DNA of 64,000 nucleotides, from the NCBI GenBank assembly GCA_964016885.1, contig OZ024743.1:166842001-166906000 (forward strand), read 5' to 3'. The stretch comes from Eledone cirrhosa (lineage: Eukaryota). Shown here one piece after another: positions 25,363 through 38,261 of the stretch (the first letter of the stretch is position 1; each line of letters starts with the position of its first letter). Position numbers and translations under genes: made by a program. Under the pieces are notes generated by a model, which was not told where the DNA came from, searched no databases, and saw nothing but the letters and a program-made list of their open reading frames with translations.

Positions 25363-25954
25363 GATAGGCGGTGAATTGGCAGAATCGTTAAGACGTCAGA
25401 TCGAATGCTTTACAGTATTTGTCCCACTTCATGCGCGCTCTGAGTTCAAATCCTGCTGTAGTCAACTTTCGTCCTTTCCAGGTCGATAAAAATACTACCA
25501 GTCCAATACTGGGGTTGACTCTTCCTCTATAGAAAAAATCGGCTGTGTTCAGACCATGCCATATGACGGTGCCTCTACAACTCCAGAGGGGGTTATGGGA
25601 TCTTTATCCTTTATATATATATATATACATACCTTCCATGAGTGTATAGAACTTAGTTTGACCCAAGCAGCTTATCATTATCTGTAACATGATATTCTTC
25701 ACCCCCTCCTCCTTCTCTGGCCTGCTGTCCGAAGACTGCTAGAATTGGGAGGCAGTAATGATTTGCCTGACAAACTACATATCCCCCTACCTGCCTAGGA
25801 AACTACCAGAAACAAGAGAGTAGAGGGCAATGTGGCAACATGCTGGCTTGTTCCTCTCTGAGTCAAAAACAAACATTTTTTTCTCTCTTTTTTTCTGTGC
25901 TTGTTTCCTTAAAGTCTACCACCATTCTGTTGGTATGCATCTATTATACAATTT

Positions 25955-26012
25955 ACACCTGAAGATGTCAGCAGGTTCTTACGCAACCTGGTCACTGAAA
26001 TGTGCATAGTGT
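25955..26012 (+). ncRNA. Minimal type I hammerhead ribozyme motif, family A
   Basis: ACAC-CTGAAGA-[stem II with CAGGTT/AACCTG]-GAAA-TGTGCA-TA-GTGT. Stem I is ACAC/GTGT, stem III is short and near-palindromic, and the predicted cleavage triplet is AUA. Confidence 0.7.
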
Positions 26013-26247
26013 TTGCAGAAATAAAAAATTAAGAAAGTTCAACATATTTGGCCTCCTATCTTTTCACTTTATAATACAATTACTCCATTCATGCACCACC
26101 AACATGATTCAACATCGAGGATGGATGAGTTCCATAACATTGAGTGCTTTTCTCGTATTACGTCATGGTTAATATTGCAGAATGACTAATTCTAACCAGT
26201 GGTAAACCACCAAATTTAAACGTATATATATATATATATATCTATGT

Positions 26248-26570
26248 ATCATCATCATTTCATCATTTCATTTTACGTCCGCTTTTCCCTGCTTGCAAGG
26301 GTGGGACGGGAACTGATTCTGGCTTGATTTCTACAGCTGGATGCCCTTCCTAACACCAACCTCCTTTACAGTGAGTGGTGGGTGCTTTTTTTCCGTGGCG
26401 CCTACACGTCCACTTTACAGTGTGGGCTGGGTGCTTTTTTTTTTTTTTTGCTGTGGCACCTCCACAACCACTCCACAGTGGAATGATATGGACCCCAGTC
26501 CCTATCATCTCATTTCTACATATGAGTAAACTGGAGCAATGTGAAATAAAGTGTCTTGCTCAAGGAACTA
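26248..26570 (-). mobile_element. CORE-type SINE with RTE tail (head truncated)
   Basis: Reverse complement of the 51575-51840 part of the full SINE. Confidence 0.8.
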
Positions 26571-26608
26571 CTTTGCATTTTCTTATTCTAGATAGATAGA
26601 TATACATG

Positions 26609-26644
<36 letters not shown>

Positions 26645-26651
<7 letters not shown>

Positions 26652-27355
26652 CACAAACTCATGTTCCAGCATTGCCATCTCCTAATAAAATGCTCAAAAA
26701 TGTGAGGCACAAATGTGACTCTTCAAACCAGTCAAAGACTTGCATCCTATGGCACATACATGGCAACTGTAGACTCCTCTGGGACTTCCCATTGCTTGAT
26801 TCTGACTGTGCATTCTCATATGTATTTAAAGATCTCCCATGCTTGCACATTTCTTGCCACATTCCCCACACCTTTTCAGATCATGCTGTTCGTAATCTAC
26901 ATGAGGTCTACTGATATGATTTTGTTCATGTCCTATCAGACCAGCTTTGCTCATGCAGACTCGACCACAGTGCTGGAAAATCAGATGATGTTCAACAGCA
27001 GGCAGTTCCGAGCAGTCCCTTTTCCTTACCTTCCTTTTCAGTGTTAGGTGTTCTCTCCAACAAGTTTCAAAGTGTTCACTACCTGACTTGATCAAAACGT
27101 CTCCACTTCACACGCTCCTCAGCCATTTACTCCCATTCGTCAGATGAAATTCCAGCACAAGCCAAGATGCCCCTGACACAGTCCCGGTACCGCATTTTTG
27201 GTTTGTGTGGTGGTTGCCTTCCTTCATACAGTTCTCCATAGAGAAGTTGCTTTGGAATACGATCATCAGACATCCACACCATGTGACCGTACCACTTCAA
27301 TCGATGCTGAAAGATCATGCTCTCTATACTCATGCACTTGCTCTGTTTGAGAACT
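26645..27355 (-). mobile_element. RTE (BovB-like) 3' fragment with C2H2 fingers
   Basis: HRLKWYGHMVWMSDDRIPKQLLYGEL, HCGRVCMSKAGLIGHEQNH and CGECGKKC motifs. Confidence 0.8.
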
Positions 27356-27395
27356 TCCTTATATATTATATATATATATATATATAAAATATATA

Positions 27396-28690
27396 TCTAT
27401 ACATATATATATAAAAGTGTAATTGTCTGTGTGTGTGTGTCCTCATTTTTGCAAAGTCTATACAAATTCACATTTCTACTACAATTGACTTCAAACTTGC
27501 ATTTATATATTCCTTGTGGTCTAAAGATACTAACTGCCACTTTTATTTTTCAATGTTCTGTTGTTAAAGGGGTGTTAAGCGCCGGTTATCGATCTCCGTC
27601 GCACCCTTATAATATCTGTCTGTATGTCTGGCTGTCTGCATTACGACATTATGACAAACACGTCATTGCTGACATATTATCTTCGCTTTCTTCCGTTCAT
27701 TGCCAGGGAACGTCTTCACGAACCAAAGTATCGTCTTCCTGTTTTCCTTCGGTTGCAACGTTTTTCGAAATATTTACTTTTTTTTAGTTTCAGAAGCTCC
27801 CGTTAAGGGTGAAAGCAGCGATTCTTTGCTTAAACTTTAATCTGTTATTTTAATATATAATATAAGCGAGGCAAGCCCACCCATGTTAACAATTACACCT
27901 GAGAATACCTTTCCAATGGTCAGCTTATTTTTCAATCAGTAAGTGTCATTTACTAATTTTTTGGCTAACAATCCTGAGACATTCCCATTAACCCCAGTTG
28001 CTTTAATATGTTTTGCAATACTTCCTGAGACATAACCACTTACCCCCGGTGCACACATTATTATTGTGTTAGTACCAAGCCATATGCCCCATTACGTACA
28101 TAGATAGAAATAGTGGATCTTTTTAGAAAGCCCCCGCCAAAAAATATCCTCACACCTATGTTAAAAATCACATACGCTGGCGTTAAGCGGTAATTTTTAT
28201 CTATCTTGGTACATAAGCGAGGAAATCACGTACGCTGACGTTAAGCAGAAATTTTTTTATTTTCTTTACCAATTACCAGCTAGGAATAAATTGGTCACGG
28301 GTAACTATACGTTGGCTGCTCAAGAGTGGGAAGCAAGACAAATCTCTTTTCATATGCCCGACACGGAAGAACAAGGTACATTGTGTACAAGGAGGTGCTA
28401 CAATCATTGTTTAGGTAGACAAGGCAGACGGGGATATACACGATAGGCTGAAGAAGGACGAGACTGTGTTAGTAATACAACCAACAGCAGCAAAAACAAC
28501 AACAAAAAAAAGAGGGAACGCAATTATATGCTTTTGAAAAATCTTAATGGAAAATTATTTGCCTAAGCACAAAATGTAGACACCATCCCCAGGACGAGGT
28601 TTCCGTACTTCTCTGTACTGTTTCAGAAAGGAGGGATAAACATGACAATCTATGTTTAGAAGCCTGAGCAACACCGGGCCATTCTGCTAG
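27396..28690 (+). mobile_element. Non-autonomous Helitron
   Basis: A|TC 5' end in (TA)n followed by a (TG)n tract; 3' GC hairpin (cctgagcaacaccggg) and CTAG|T. Carries a PLE-type terminal repeat at ~27610-27860. Confidence 0.75.
27786..27836 (+). ncRNA. Hammerhead-like motif with variant core, family B
   Basis: AGTTT-CAGAAGC-TCCC gttaa GGGT-GAAA-GCA gcgattctt TGC-TT-AAACT. All three helices can form, but the core is CAGAAG(A/C) instead of CUGANGA. Confidence 0.5.
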
Positions 28691-28779
28691 TATATATATA
28701 ATATATATATATAAAATATATATATATATATAATATATATATAATAATATATATATATATATAATAATATATATATATC

Positions 28780-31140
28780 ACTCTCAAGATCTCAACAGAG
28801 ATTACCCACAAGAAACTGGGTGAAAAAAACGATCTAAACCTGAAAGCAAACCTAGGGCATTTCCCCAGATTGTTAAAAATAATGCTAACAAGAAATGGAA
28901 AAATAATATACATAATACCAAAAATAGGACAAAAAACATAACGAAACCAAATCACGACCAAAAGTTCATCAAGCAAACACCAACAGGAATATAAATCCTG
29001 AACAGAGAAAAATCCATTTTTTAACATCAGGACAACACAAACCGGAAAAAAAAAACTCCAGGTGAAAACATACCCAAAACTGTACACGTAGATCCTAAAA
29101 TAATTAATTTATCCAAAAGAGATCTTGACAATGATGAAATGCAAATTCTGTCAAAAGGACTGAAATTCACACCGACTCCAACAGTCAACCACCAAGAACT
29201 GAAGGAGGATACCCAAGAATTCTGTCGAAAATTACGTCTTGTAGAATTCTTGCTGATAAAAGAAGAAATTTCTATCTCGACCAATACATTGACATCCTGT
29301 CTAAATTTCCTCTTAGACATAATACTAATGTCAGGCCAAACATTAACAAATCAGAAATGTCTGCACTTAAACGTATACAAAATGATAAAACAATAATAAT
29401 TAAACAAGCAGATAAAGGGGTGCAGTTGTTATAATGGATGCTGAATACTACAAAGATTTGGTTGAGGAACAACTGAAAGACACAACATTCTATCATGAAA
29501 TACCGTCAAATATAGACCACAACATCATGAATGAAGATCAACAACCTGGCTTCAAAATACCACAATTCACTTACTGATAAGGAAAGAGACTACATCACCA
29601 ATTTTGAGCCAAAACCCAGCAACCTGTATGGCCTACCGAAAGTTCATAAGTCAAAAGAAATACAACTGGCAGTAAGAGAACAAAACAGTGAGTACATTAA
29701 ATTACTACACCCAAAAGACTTAAAACTTAGACTTAAACTTAAAACCCACAGTCTAAGCAATTTTGTTGACATTATTTTGAAACCACTATATATTCACATA
29801 CCCAGTTTCATCCGGGATGATATCGACTTCCTGTCCCATCTTCCCAAAACCACGGAAACGAATTCACTTCTACTTATTTTGATGTGGTAAGACTTTACAC
29901 CAACATTACATATGATTTAGGAATAAAGGCGGTTAAATACTGGGCGGAAGAACATAGAGAAGTGATTCCCACCAGATTCACAGCGCCATTTATATTAGAC
30001 TCAGTTAAACTTATTCTGGAAAACAACACTTTCTTCTTCAATGGAAAGAATTACATCCAAATTAGAGGCACAGTGATGGGAACAAAGTTTGCTCCCATTT
30101 ACGCGAACTCTGTAATGGGATATTTAGAACAACAACTCTACCAAGAAATAGAGGAAAAATATAGTACTGACTTTAGAAAGTACATTGAAAAATCTTGGAA
30201 GAGATACCTTGACGACTGTTTCATCATCTGGACTGAATCTCTAGATACTCTGGATGAGTTCAATATCCTCCTGAATAACCTACACCCATCTCTCCAATTC
30301 ACAAAAGAAATGAGTAGTACCAAATTACCATTCCTAGATATAATGGTAATCAAAAACGACACCACCATTACCACAGATATATATTATAAACACACAAGAC
30401 ACCCATCAATATCTGAATTTTAAGTCGTGCCATCCACCTCATACAAAACGCAACATCCCATACTGCCTAGCCAGAAGAATTTATACCATTGTAGAAGATA
30501 CGAATACCAGGTACAAACGCCTAACAGAACTGAGAGAATTATTGCTCAAACAAAAATACCCATCTCTACTTATAGAAAATGGCATACAGCGGGCTATAAA
30601 AATACCTATACAACAACCTAGGACAACCCAAGGAAGAAGAAACCAAGAACTGGTCATACCATTTATAATGACACACAACCCATGTCACCAGAATATCTTC
30701 AACACTGCCAAAGCAAACCTACTGATCATTGTTCAAAGTAATGAATTAAAAGGCTTAATCACAGATCGATCTTTGACTCTTAGTAAAAGACAGCCTAAAA
30801 ATTTGAAGCAATTACTAACAAAAGCAAAGTTTGACCTTAACAACAAAGATCAATCATTCACTGTATCTAAATGCAATGATAGTCGATGTGGCATATGTCT
30901 ATCCATATACAACGGTTAATATATGAAAACAAAAACTGGAAAAATATTCCCAAATGCAAATATGAACTGCAAAAGCAGAAATCTAATTTACTGCATTAAA
31001 TGACCGAATTATGAAGAACTATATCTCGGTCAAACTGGAAATGCACTATCGGAATGTGCACGGGTACACAAACAGCAAATTAGAGACCCAAATGTCCGTC
31101 AGATACCTGAAAGCCACTTCAACTTTCCTGAACTCCAAGA
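28780..31140 (+). mobile_element. Penelope-like element (RT + GIY-YIG), inactivated
   Basis: ILSKGLKFTPTP, KQADKG, LYGLPKVHK, GTVMGTKFAP, WKRYLDDCF and LPFLDI, then a GIY-YIG region NCKSRNLIYCI...YLGQTG; frameshifted. Confidence 0.92.
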
Positions 31141-31580
31141 CCGAGATCTTCAGATGTTGTCCTCACCTGAAATCACATCTGATCTGTAACTGGATTGACA
31201 TTCCTACGATAACTCACCCACCTTGAACTTCTCTGCTCTCTACGCCTTACATCCACTACGGTTTTTTTACCTTCTGAATTCACTTCCTGTACTCTTATAT
31301 TCTTTTTCTCCCTTATCCCCCCCTTATATTTAAACCTTTTCCTATGTCATTTATCCCCCCCCCCCTACTTTCTACCTTACACTTCACATACCCACCTTTT
31401 TTATTTTTAGATATTTATTTCTGTGTGTGTGTGTGTGTGTGTATGTGTTGCGCATATGTGTATATATGTATATATATATATATATGTATGTATGGATATG
31501 TATGTGGGTATGTATGTTTATATATCTGTATGTATATGTATGTGTGTATATAATTGTATATTATATGCTTCTGTTGTATT

Positions 31581-31618
<38 letters not shown>

Positions 31619-32094
31619 ATGTGTGTGTGTGTGCGTGTGTTTATTTTTATATATTTGTTTTTGTGTGTATATATATAATAGCCTCAGAAACGGCTTGAGC
31701 TCTGCCGTGGGGTCATACTTTTTCCTATATGTGTATATATATACGTATATGTATGTGTATGTATATGTATATGTGTGTGTATTTGTATGGTTGTGTGTGT
31801 GTGTGTGTATATATATATGTATATGTATATGTATGTGTGTATGGATATGCATAATTATATACAGTGATTTAATGCTTATTTTCATTGATCATTTGCTCCA
31901 GGGGCTTTTTGAGTGCTCTAAATCAGCTATAAACATTTATACCCTTTTCTAATTATTTATTTATTTATTATTTGTCGTATTCCCAACTTTTTATTTTTAT
32001 ATATATAATATTTATGTATTTTCTTATATATATATGTGTGTGCGTGTGTGTGTGTGTATGTATGTGTATGTGTGTATATATATGTGTGTGTATG

Positions 32095-32125
<31 letters not shown>

Positions 32126-32253
32126 ATATATATATTTAAAAGTTAAACAAGGTTCATATAAATACATCTAAGAATGAGTTTTACACACATACATATGTGT
32201 GTATATGTATTTGTATGTATGTGTTTGTGTATATGTGTGTATATATATATATA

Positions 32254-34011
32254 CTAGCAGAAGTACCCGGCGTTGCCCGGGTGTAAGTCGACCTTTGGTC
32301 TGTTAGAATGTGTGAAAGTTACTTCCCGCGCATCACAGGTTCAAAACTTCGAACTTCAATGAAAAAAATAGGTTAGTAGACACAGGTGTGTAATTTATTA
32401 ATTGTAGTTACACAGTGTATCGTTGAAATTGTTCTCTGCACGACTGACGGAAGTCAAAATCGCTTGATATTGAATGTTCAGTTAATTTAAAGCAGGGTGA
32501 AAATGTCGATTTTTTACAGGGTTTTTTTTTTTTACAATTTTTGCGCTCACATGTGCAGAAGAAGAATTAAAAGGGCCTTTATCTTAACCGCGGCATAATG
32601 GCGAGTCTTTTGTGACAGTTTTCAAGAATATCGGACGTTCCTGTAAAAAGTTTTCCCATGTATAACCTTGCCTTGTTTTTTTGCGCAAAGTCGAGCTCCG
32701 CTTCAGTTTTATTGATTTTTTACATCAATGCGTGATCTCTGAAGTAGATTTGAGTAGCTCAAAACCTGTCCCGGTAAATTTGCTATAGGTGAAAAAAAGT
32801 TGATCAAAATTGTATCTAGGGTTATTGTCCTTTGCAACAGCCTCAACGTGTCTTCAAGTATGGTTTGTTAATTTGCTGTGGAACTAAATCTACTTTCGTC
32901 AAATCGGACCGAAGAATCAATGTTTCCATTTCTCTTTCTAGCTAGTGTACCCGGATACACACGGGTTTATAAGGCGCTGGATTTAAATAAATGAAGAACA
33001 AACGTTTCCTTTTGTGCTCCAATCTGTGATATAGGTATTTTGAAAAAATAGTCCACAAACATCCATGGAGCATGTGTAACGCATGTATCAGGTTATGAGA
33101 AAAAGGGTTTTCGATTCTCGATACAAAACAATTGCACGCAAATAAAACGGGATTTTAAGGCACTGCCCAATTCATAGCTGAAAGGTAAGAATCAAGTGGA
33201 ATAATGTTTTGCGACATTGTCAAATGTACAACCGTACAAAAGCAAAGGATATAGCCATTGAAATCTAGGTAGACCAAAGAATTTGGTGGTTTTGTATATC
33301 ACAAAAAATGCCATTAGAGGTGGGCTAATAATGAAGACACAAACCCTGGTGAACTTACGTTTAAACACCCGAAAAGTTACTCACTTCCTGTGCAAAAGAC
33401 TGTAACAGTAGTATTATAAATTAAGTAATTTTTTAGAACCTTTTGTTTAAAAAAGGAAAACATTGGATATGGACGTAACATTTTTTACAACTTTGTATGT
33501 GTACAATACAACTTGGTCAACGTATTATTTAGTAATTTTTTTTTTAAAAAAGCATGATTATTTAAGACTGTTTGAAAATTTACTCACAGCTTTTAGCATC
33601 ACAAAAGGCACCATTAAATTTGGTTCCCTTTTCAGATAGGGATAATACTGTATTTCCACTTGAATAAGGTGGAATATGAAAAGATAAACTCTTTAATGGT
33701 CGGTCGTTTACTGAGACAGCTGGCCGTCCAATCAATAACGCACGTACTTATATGGGCATATGAAATTTATTTTTATTGCGCCAGATGTAAACTAAGAGTT
33801 CTTGTGTTCGAATTCACATAAAATTTCATTGGAATCGAAAAACATTCTGTCATAGGGCCCGATTATCGATTTTTCGAAAATTTCAAGTAGCCTATTCCAC
33901 TCTACGTGTTGAGTTTTATATATGTGTGAGGTTTCATGAAAATTAGATGAACGGGGTAGCATGCAAGTTCGGAACACCAAACAATGCCCATCTTCACTTT
34001 ATATATATAGA
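32254..34011 (-). mobile_element. Non-autonomous Helitron with a nested internal 3' end
   Basis: Minus strand A|TCtatatatataaagtg at 34011. Terminal hairpin acccgggcaacgccgggt then CTAG|T at 32257-32254, and a second hairpin+CTAG at 32966-32938. Confidence 0.8.
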
Positions 34012-34014
34012 TAT

Positions 34015-36548
34015 ATCTGTGATGCAAATAACCTAACTATCTGTAACACTAACTTCAAAAAACGAGACAATCACTTGATCACCTACAGATCAGGGGAACA
34101 TACCAGCCAGGTAGAATATATCCTTACCAGAAGACGTGACAGAGTGTCTGTTGTAAACACTAAATCCCTCCCCCATGAAGAATGCACCTCCCAACATAGA
34201 CTCATAGTTAGTGACCTCATAGTCAGGACGAGACGTACTCGACAGCAGAAGAGGACTATCCTCAGGAGAAAATTATGGAAGCTAAAGGACCCCACAGCCA
34301 GAAATAAATTTCAAAGCATATTACTTGATACTTTCGACAGTAAGGAAGAGCAATTAGAGTCGTACAATATAGAGGAACAGTAGGAATTCCTGAAAGCAAA
34401 CCTGCTGATGGCGGCAGACGAAGTCTGTGGCTGGAGCAAGCCTGTAGGCAGGAGGAGAGTAACATGGTGGTGGAACAGTAAGGTGGAGGGGTCAATTAAG
34501 GCCAAAAAGCAGGCTTGGAAAGTATGGCGGGATGGGGGAAGTAGAGAAGACTATCAAGTGGCCAGGAGGGAAGCTAGGAGACAAGTGTACTTCGCAAGAA
34601 GGGAAGCAGAGGAAAGAAAGTTCAAGCATGTTCTACAACGCGAGGACCAAAAACGTGAGGTGTTCAGGGTTGCTAGGCAATGTGTCAAGGAAAACCGTGA
34701 TATTGTCAGGGAGAAGTGTGTACTTAATGATGATGGCGTACTTGCTATCACTGACGCTGATAAGAAGGTAGCTTGGAAGTGTCACTACGAAAGGCTACTA
34801 AATGAGGAGAATAAATGGGAGAAAGACAGTCTACCCCACATCATCCCAATAGAGGGACCAGCAGTGTTAGTCGAAGGTAGTATAATAAGTAAGGCAATCA
34901 AAGATATGAAGACGGGTAAGGCGGCTGGGCCTTCGGAAATAGTTGCTGAGATGCTGAAAGCCTCTGGAACGGTGGGACACACCATGGTCACCCGGATAGT
35001 AAACCAAGTCATACAGAATGGGGTTGTTCCGAAGGACTGGCGTAGCAGCTTCATCATTAACTGCTACAAGGGTAAAGGAGACGCCCTAGATAGGAGTAAC
35101 TATAGAGGCATTAAATTAATCGACCAGGTCATGAAGGTCATGGAAAAAGTAATAGCGCAACTAATCAGAGAGAGAATCGATCTAGATGAAATGCAGTTCG
35201 GGTTTGTGTCAGGCAAAAGTACCACAGACGCTCTTTTCATTGTACGACAACTACAGGAGAAGTACCTAGCTAAAAGTAAACCCCTATACTTAGCTTTCGT
35301 CGACTTGGAGAAAGCCTTCGACAGAGTCCCCCATTCCATTATCTGGTGGGCTCTTAGAAAACAAGGTGTTGATGAATGGCTTGTGGGAGCTATACAAGCC
35401 ATGTATAAAGAAACAGTCAGCAAAGTTAGAACTAACAACGAATGTAGTGAAGAGTTTAGCGTAAAAGTTGGTGTTCATCAGGGCTCTGTTCTTAGCCCCC
35501 TACTATTTATTATTGCCCTTCAGGCTATAACAGTGGAGTTCAAGACCGGCTGCCCATGGGAACTCCTATACGCAGATGATCTAGCGCTCATAGCTGAATC
35601 AATGGCCGAGCTAGAGAAGAAATTCCAAACATGGAATCACGGCCCTAGAATCAAAAGGCCTTAAAATTAACCTGGCTAAGACTAAAGTTCTAGTTTGTAG
35701 GAAAGAAAATAAGGTGCCGGTCCCTTCCGGGAAATGGCCATGCTCAGTGTGTAGGAAAGGCGTAGGTAGAAACTCCATTTTATGTCCCAAATGCAAAGTA
35801 TGGGTGCATAAAAGATGTAGTGGGATCATAGGTAAGCTAACTAAGAACATAGATTTTACATGTGGCCGGTGCTCTGGTGCAATAAGTAGCAGCAAGTGCC
35901 CACAAAATACTAGCTCAGTGGACAGCTTCCGTTACCTGGGTGACAAAATCAGCAGTGGGGGAGGGTGCTCTGAAAGTACAGTAGCTAGAGTCAGAACTGG
36001 ATGGAAAAAGTTCAGAGAGCTTATACCACTATTAGCCGTTAAAGGGTTCTCCCTAAAAATGAAAGGCAGGCTGTATGATGCCTACATACGAACAGCAATG
36101 TTGCATGGCAGTGAGACCTGGGCATTGTATGCAGAGGATATACGCAGACTAGAGAGGAACGAAGCTTGCATGCTCCGCTGGATGTGTAATAGTAATATAC
36201 GCGAACAGCAAAGCATAAACGAACTAAGGGAAAAATTAGAAATAAGAGGGATCAGATGTTGTTTACTCGAGAGAAGGCTACGTTGGTATGGTCAAGTAAT
36301 GCGCATGAAAGACGACAGCTGTATAAAAAAGTGCAGGGCAATAAAGATAGACGGTAGCCATGGAGTAGGCAGACCCAGAAAAACCTGGGACGACCTGATA
36401 AACTCCGACCTCACACACTTACACCTCTCCAAGACAATGTCACTGGACCGAGATCTTTGGCGGCACTCAGTAATAGAGAAGACATGCCTTACCTAAATAC
36501 AAAGTAAAACCTACTACAGTCAGTAGGCATCTCTAACAAAATACACCT
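34015..36548 (+). mobile_element. Young 5'-truncated RTE LINE (APE C-terminus, RT with PHD finger)
   Basis: NYRGIKL, FVDLEKAFDRV, GVHQGSVLSP, LLYADDL, a C4HC3 finger, FRYLG and LRWYG. One stop (34381) and one frameshift (~35645). Confidence 0.93.
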
Positions 36549-36619
36549 TTATAATAATTTTTATTCATTGTTATTCTTATGTGACGGTATTTTTATTATT
36601 ATATTTTTTCTTATAATTA

Positions 36620-36980
36620 TTTGTGTGTGTGCGTATGTAAGTGTATGTACATATATCTATATTTGTGCATGCGTATGTATGCATGTGTACCTATGTGTGT
36701 ATGTATGTGTGTGTATGTACGTGTGTATATATGTATGATTGTGTGTATGTAAGTATATATATATATATATATATGCATGTGTGTGTGTGCGTGTTTGTGT
36801 ATTTGTGTGTATGTGTATGTATGGATATGTTGATATATGTGTGTATGTATGTGTATATGTATGTATATATATATGTGTGTGTGTGTATGTGTGTGTGTAT
36901 ATATATGTGTATGTATATATGTGTGTGTATGTATATATGTGTGTGTATGTAATTGTGTGTGTGTGTGTGTGCATGTGTGT
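36620..36980. repeat. Compound (TA)/(TG) microsatellite (representative; others at 4170-4400, 13385-13555, 31420-32250, 46155-46400, 51845-51960, 62990-63090)
   Basis: Direct inspection. These tracts generate the spurious YIYI/CVCV ORFs. Confidence 0.95.
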
Positions 36981-37084
36981 TTATTTTTCCTTTCCTTCTT
37001 CCTTTTCCCGCCTCACTTTCATATAGATTATAATTTTGTTTTTAAAATCCAATGTCAATAAATACACCAGGATTTTTCATTCTG

Positions 37085-37228
37085 AAGTTATTTCGGAGGT
37101 AACCACAGTAAGTAAGGTACTCAATACATAGCAGAGTATAAAAGTTTTTATATAGATGAGATCCTACAGGGCTAGAGCTGTTTCATTCTGATTCCTGATG
37201 ATTTCTAAAGAATGGAACAGTTCTAGTC

Positions 37229-37271
<43 letters not shown>

Positions 37272-37429
37272 TTTTAATATAGATGAGATTCAACTGTTCC
37301 ATTCTTTAGAAATCATCAGGAATCAGAATGAAACAGCTCTAGCCCTGTAGGATCTCATCTATATAAAAACTTTTATACTCGGCTATGTATTGAGTACCTT
37401 ACTTACTGTGGTTACCTCCGAAATAACTT
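37085..37429. repeat. 138-bp inverted repeat built from a hammerhead-bearing terminal repeat (family C)
   Basis: 37085-37222 is the reverse complement of 37292-37429, separated by a 69-bp (TA)n-containing spacer. The sequence is homologous to 46645-46760. Confidence 0.9.
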
Positions 37430-37742
37430 ACCTATATATATATATATATATATATATATTTGAATAAGCTTCTGTTGATCTTATATAAGCTTCTTCATAA
37501 ATTGGTATAATTTCACCCAAATTTGTAGGAATCTTATAATGAAACGAGACTCCGTCTGGGAAGAGATATATTTGATATATCTCATATGAAATAATACAGC
37601 CAATTTTCCACACAATACAATTAGTTAGCACCCCGAACGTTTAATTAGGAATATACTCACTTATTTCCTAATGTTTGTTGAGTGAGTTGGGATTTGGCCG
37701 GAGTATCGCTAAAAGCTTCCTGCGATAATGTATTTATTTATT

Positions 37743-37775
<33 letters not shown>

Positions 37776-37942
37776 GTATATATATATATGTATATATATT
37801 AAAGAGTTAAACAAGATTCAGTGATTACATCAAAGAATGGGTTTTACAGTAGATTGGATGCACTCTACAGTAAAAATATTTTCCAGAGTTGTTAATATTA
37901 ATTCAAATATTAACAAAATAGATATTCTTGTGATCAATTAAA

Positions 37943-38006
37943 TTTTATTATACACATTTCAGAGGTACTTGAATCAGGTTCAACAGTACGTCCTCATCAG
38001 ATAAAA
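37943..38006 (-). ncRNA. Minimal type I hammerhead ribozyme motif, family D
   Basis: Minus strand TTTTAT-CTGATGA-GGACGTACtgTTGAAcctgaTTCAAGTACCTCT-GAAA-TGTGTA-TA-ATAAAA. Stem I has 6 bp, stem II is long, and the predicted triplet is AUA. Confidence 0.7.
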
Positions 38007-38261
38007 TAAAATGATACATGACATACCCTGACATGTTAGATGGTTAAGATTTAATCAAGGTAGTGATTAATTTATGAGAAAAACTCAATATTTATACCCT
38101 AATAATGAGAACATGTGAAAGCGTAATAGAATCAATAGAGAGGGTGTGAGTAAGAAAAACATTGCCTTAATGTAACAGTTATAGAGTTTTTAAAGTCTGA
38201 AATACTACTATAGGACTATAGAAGAAGACGTATTTGGCTTGAGAATGCAACTGATAGATAA

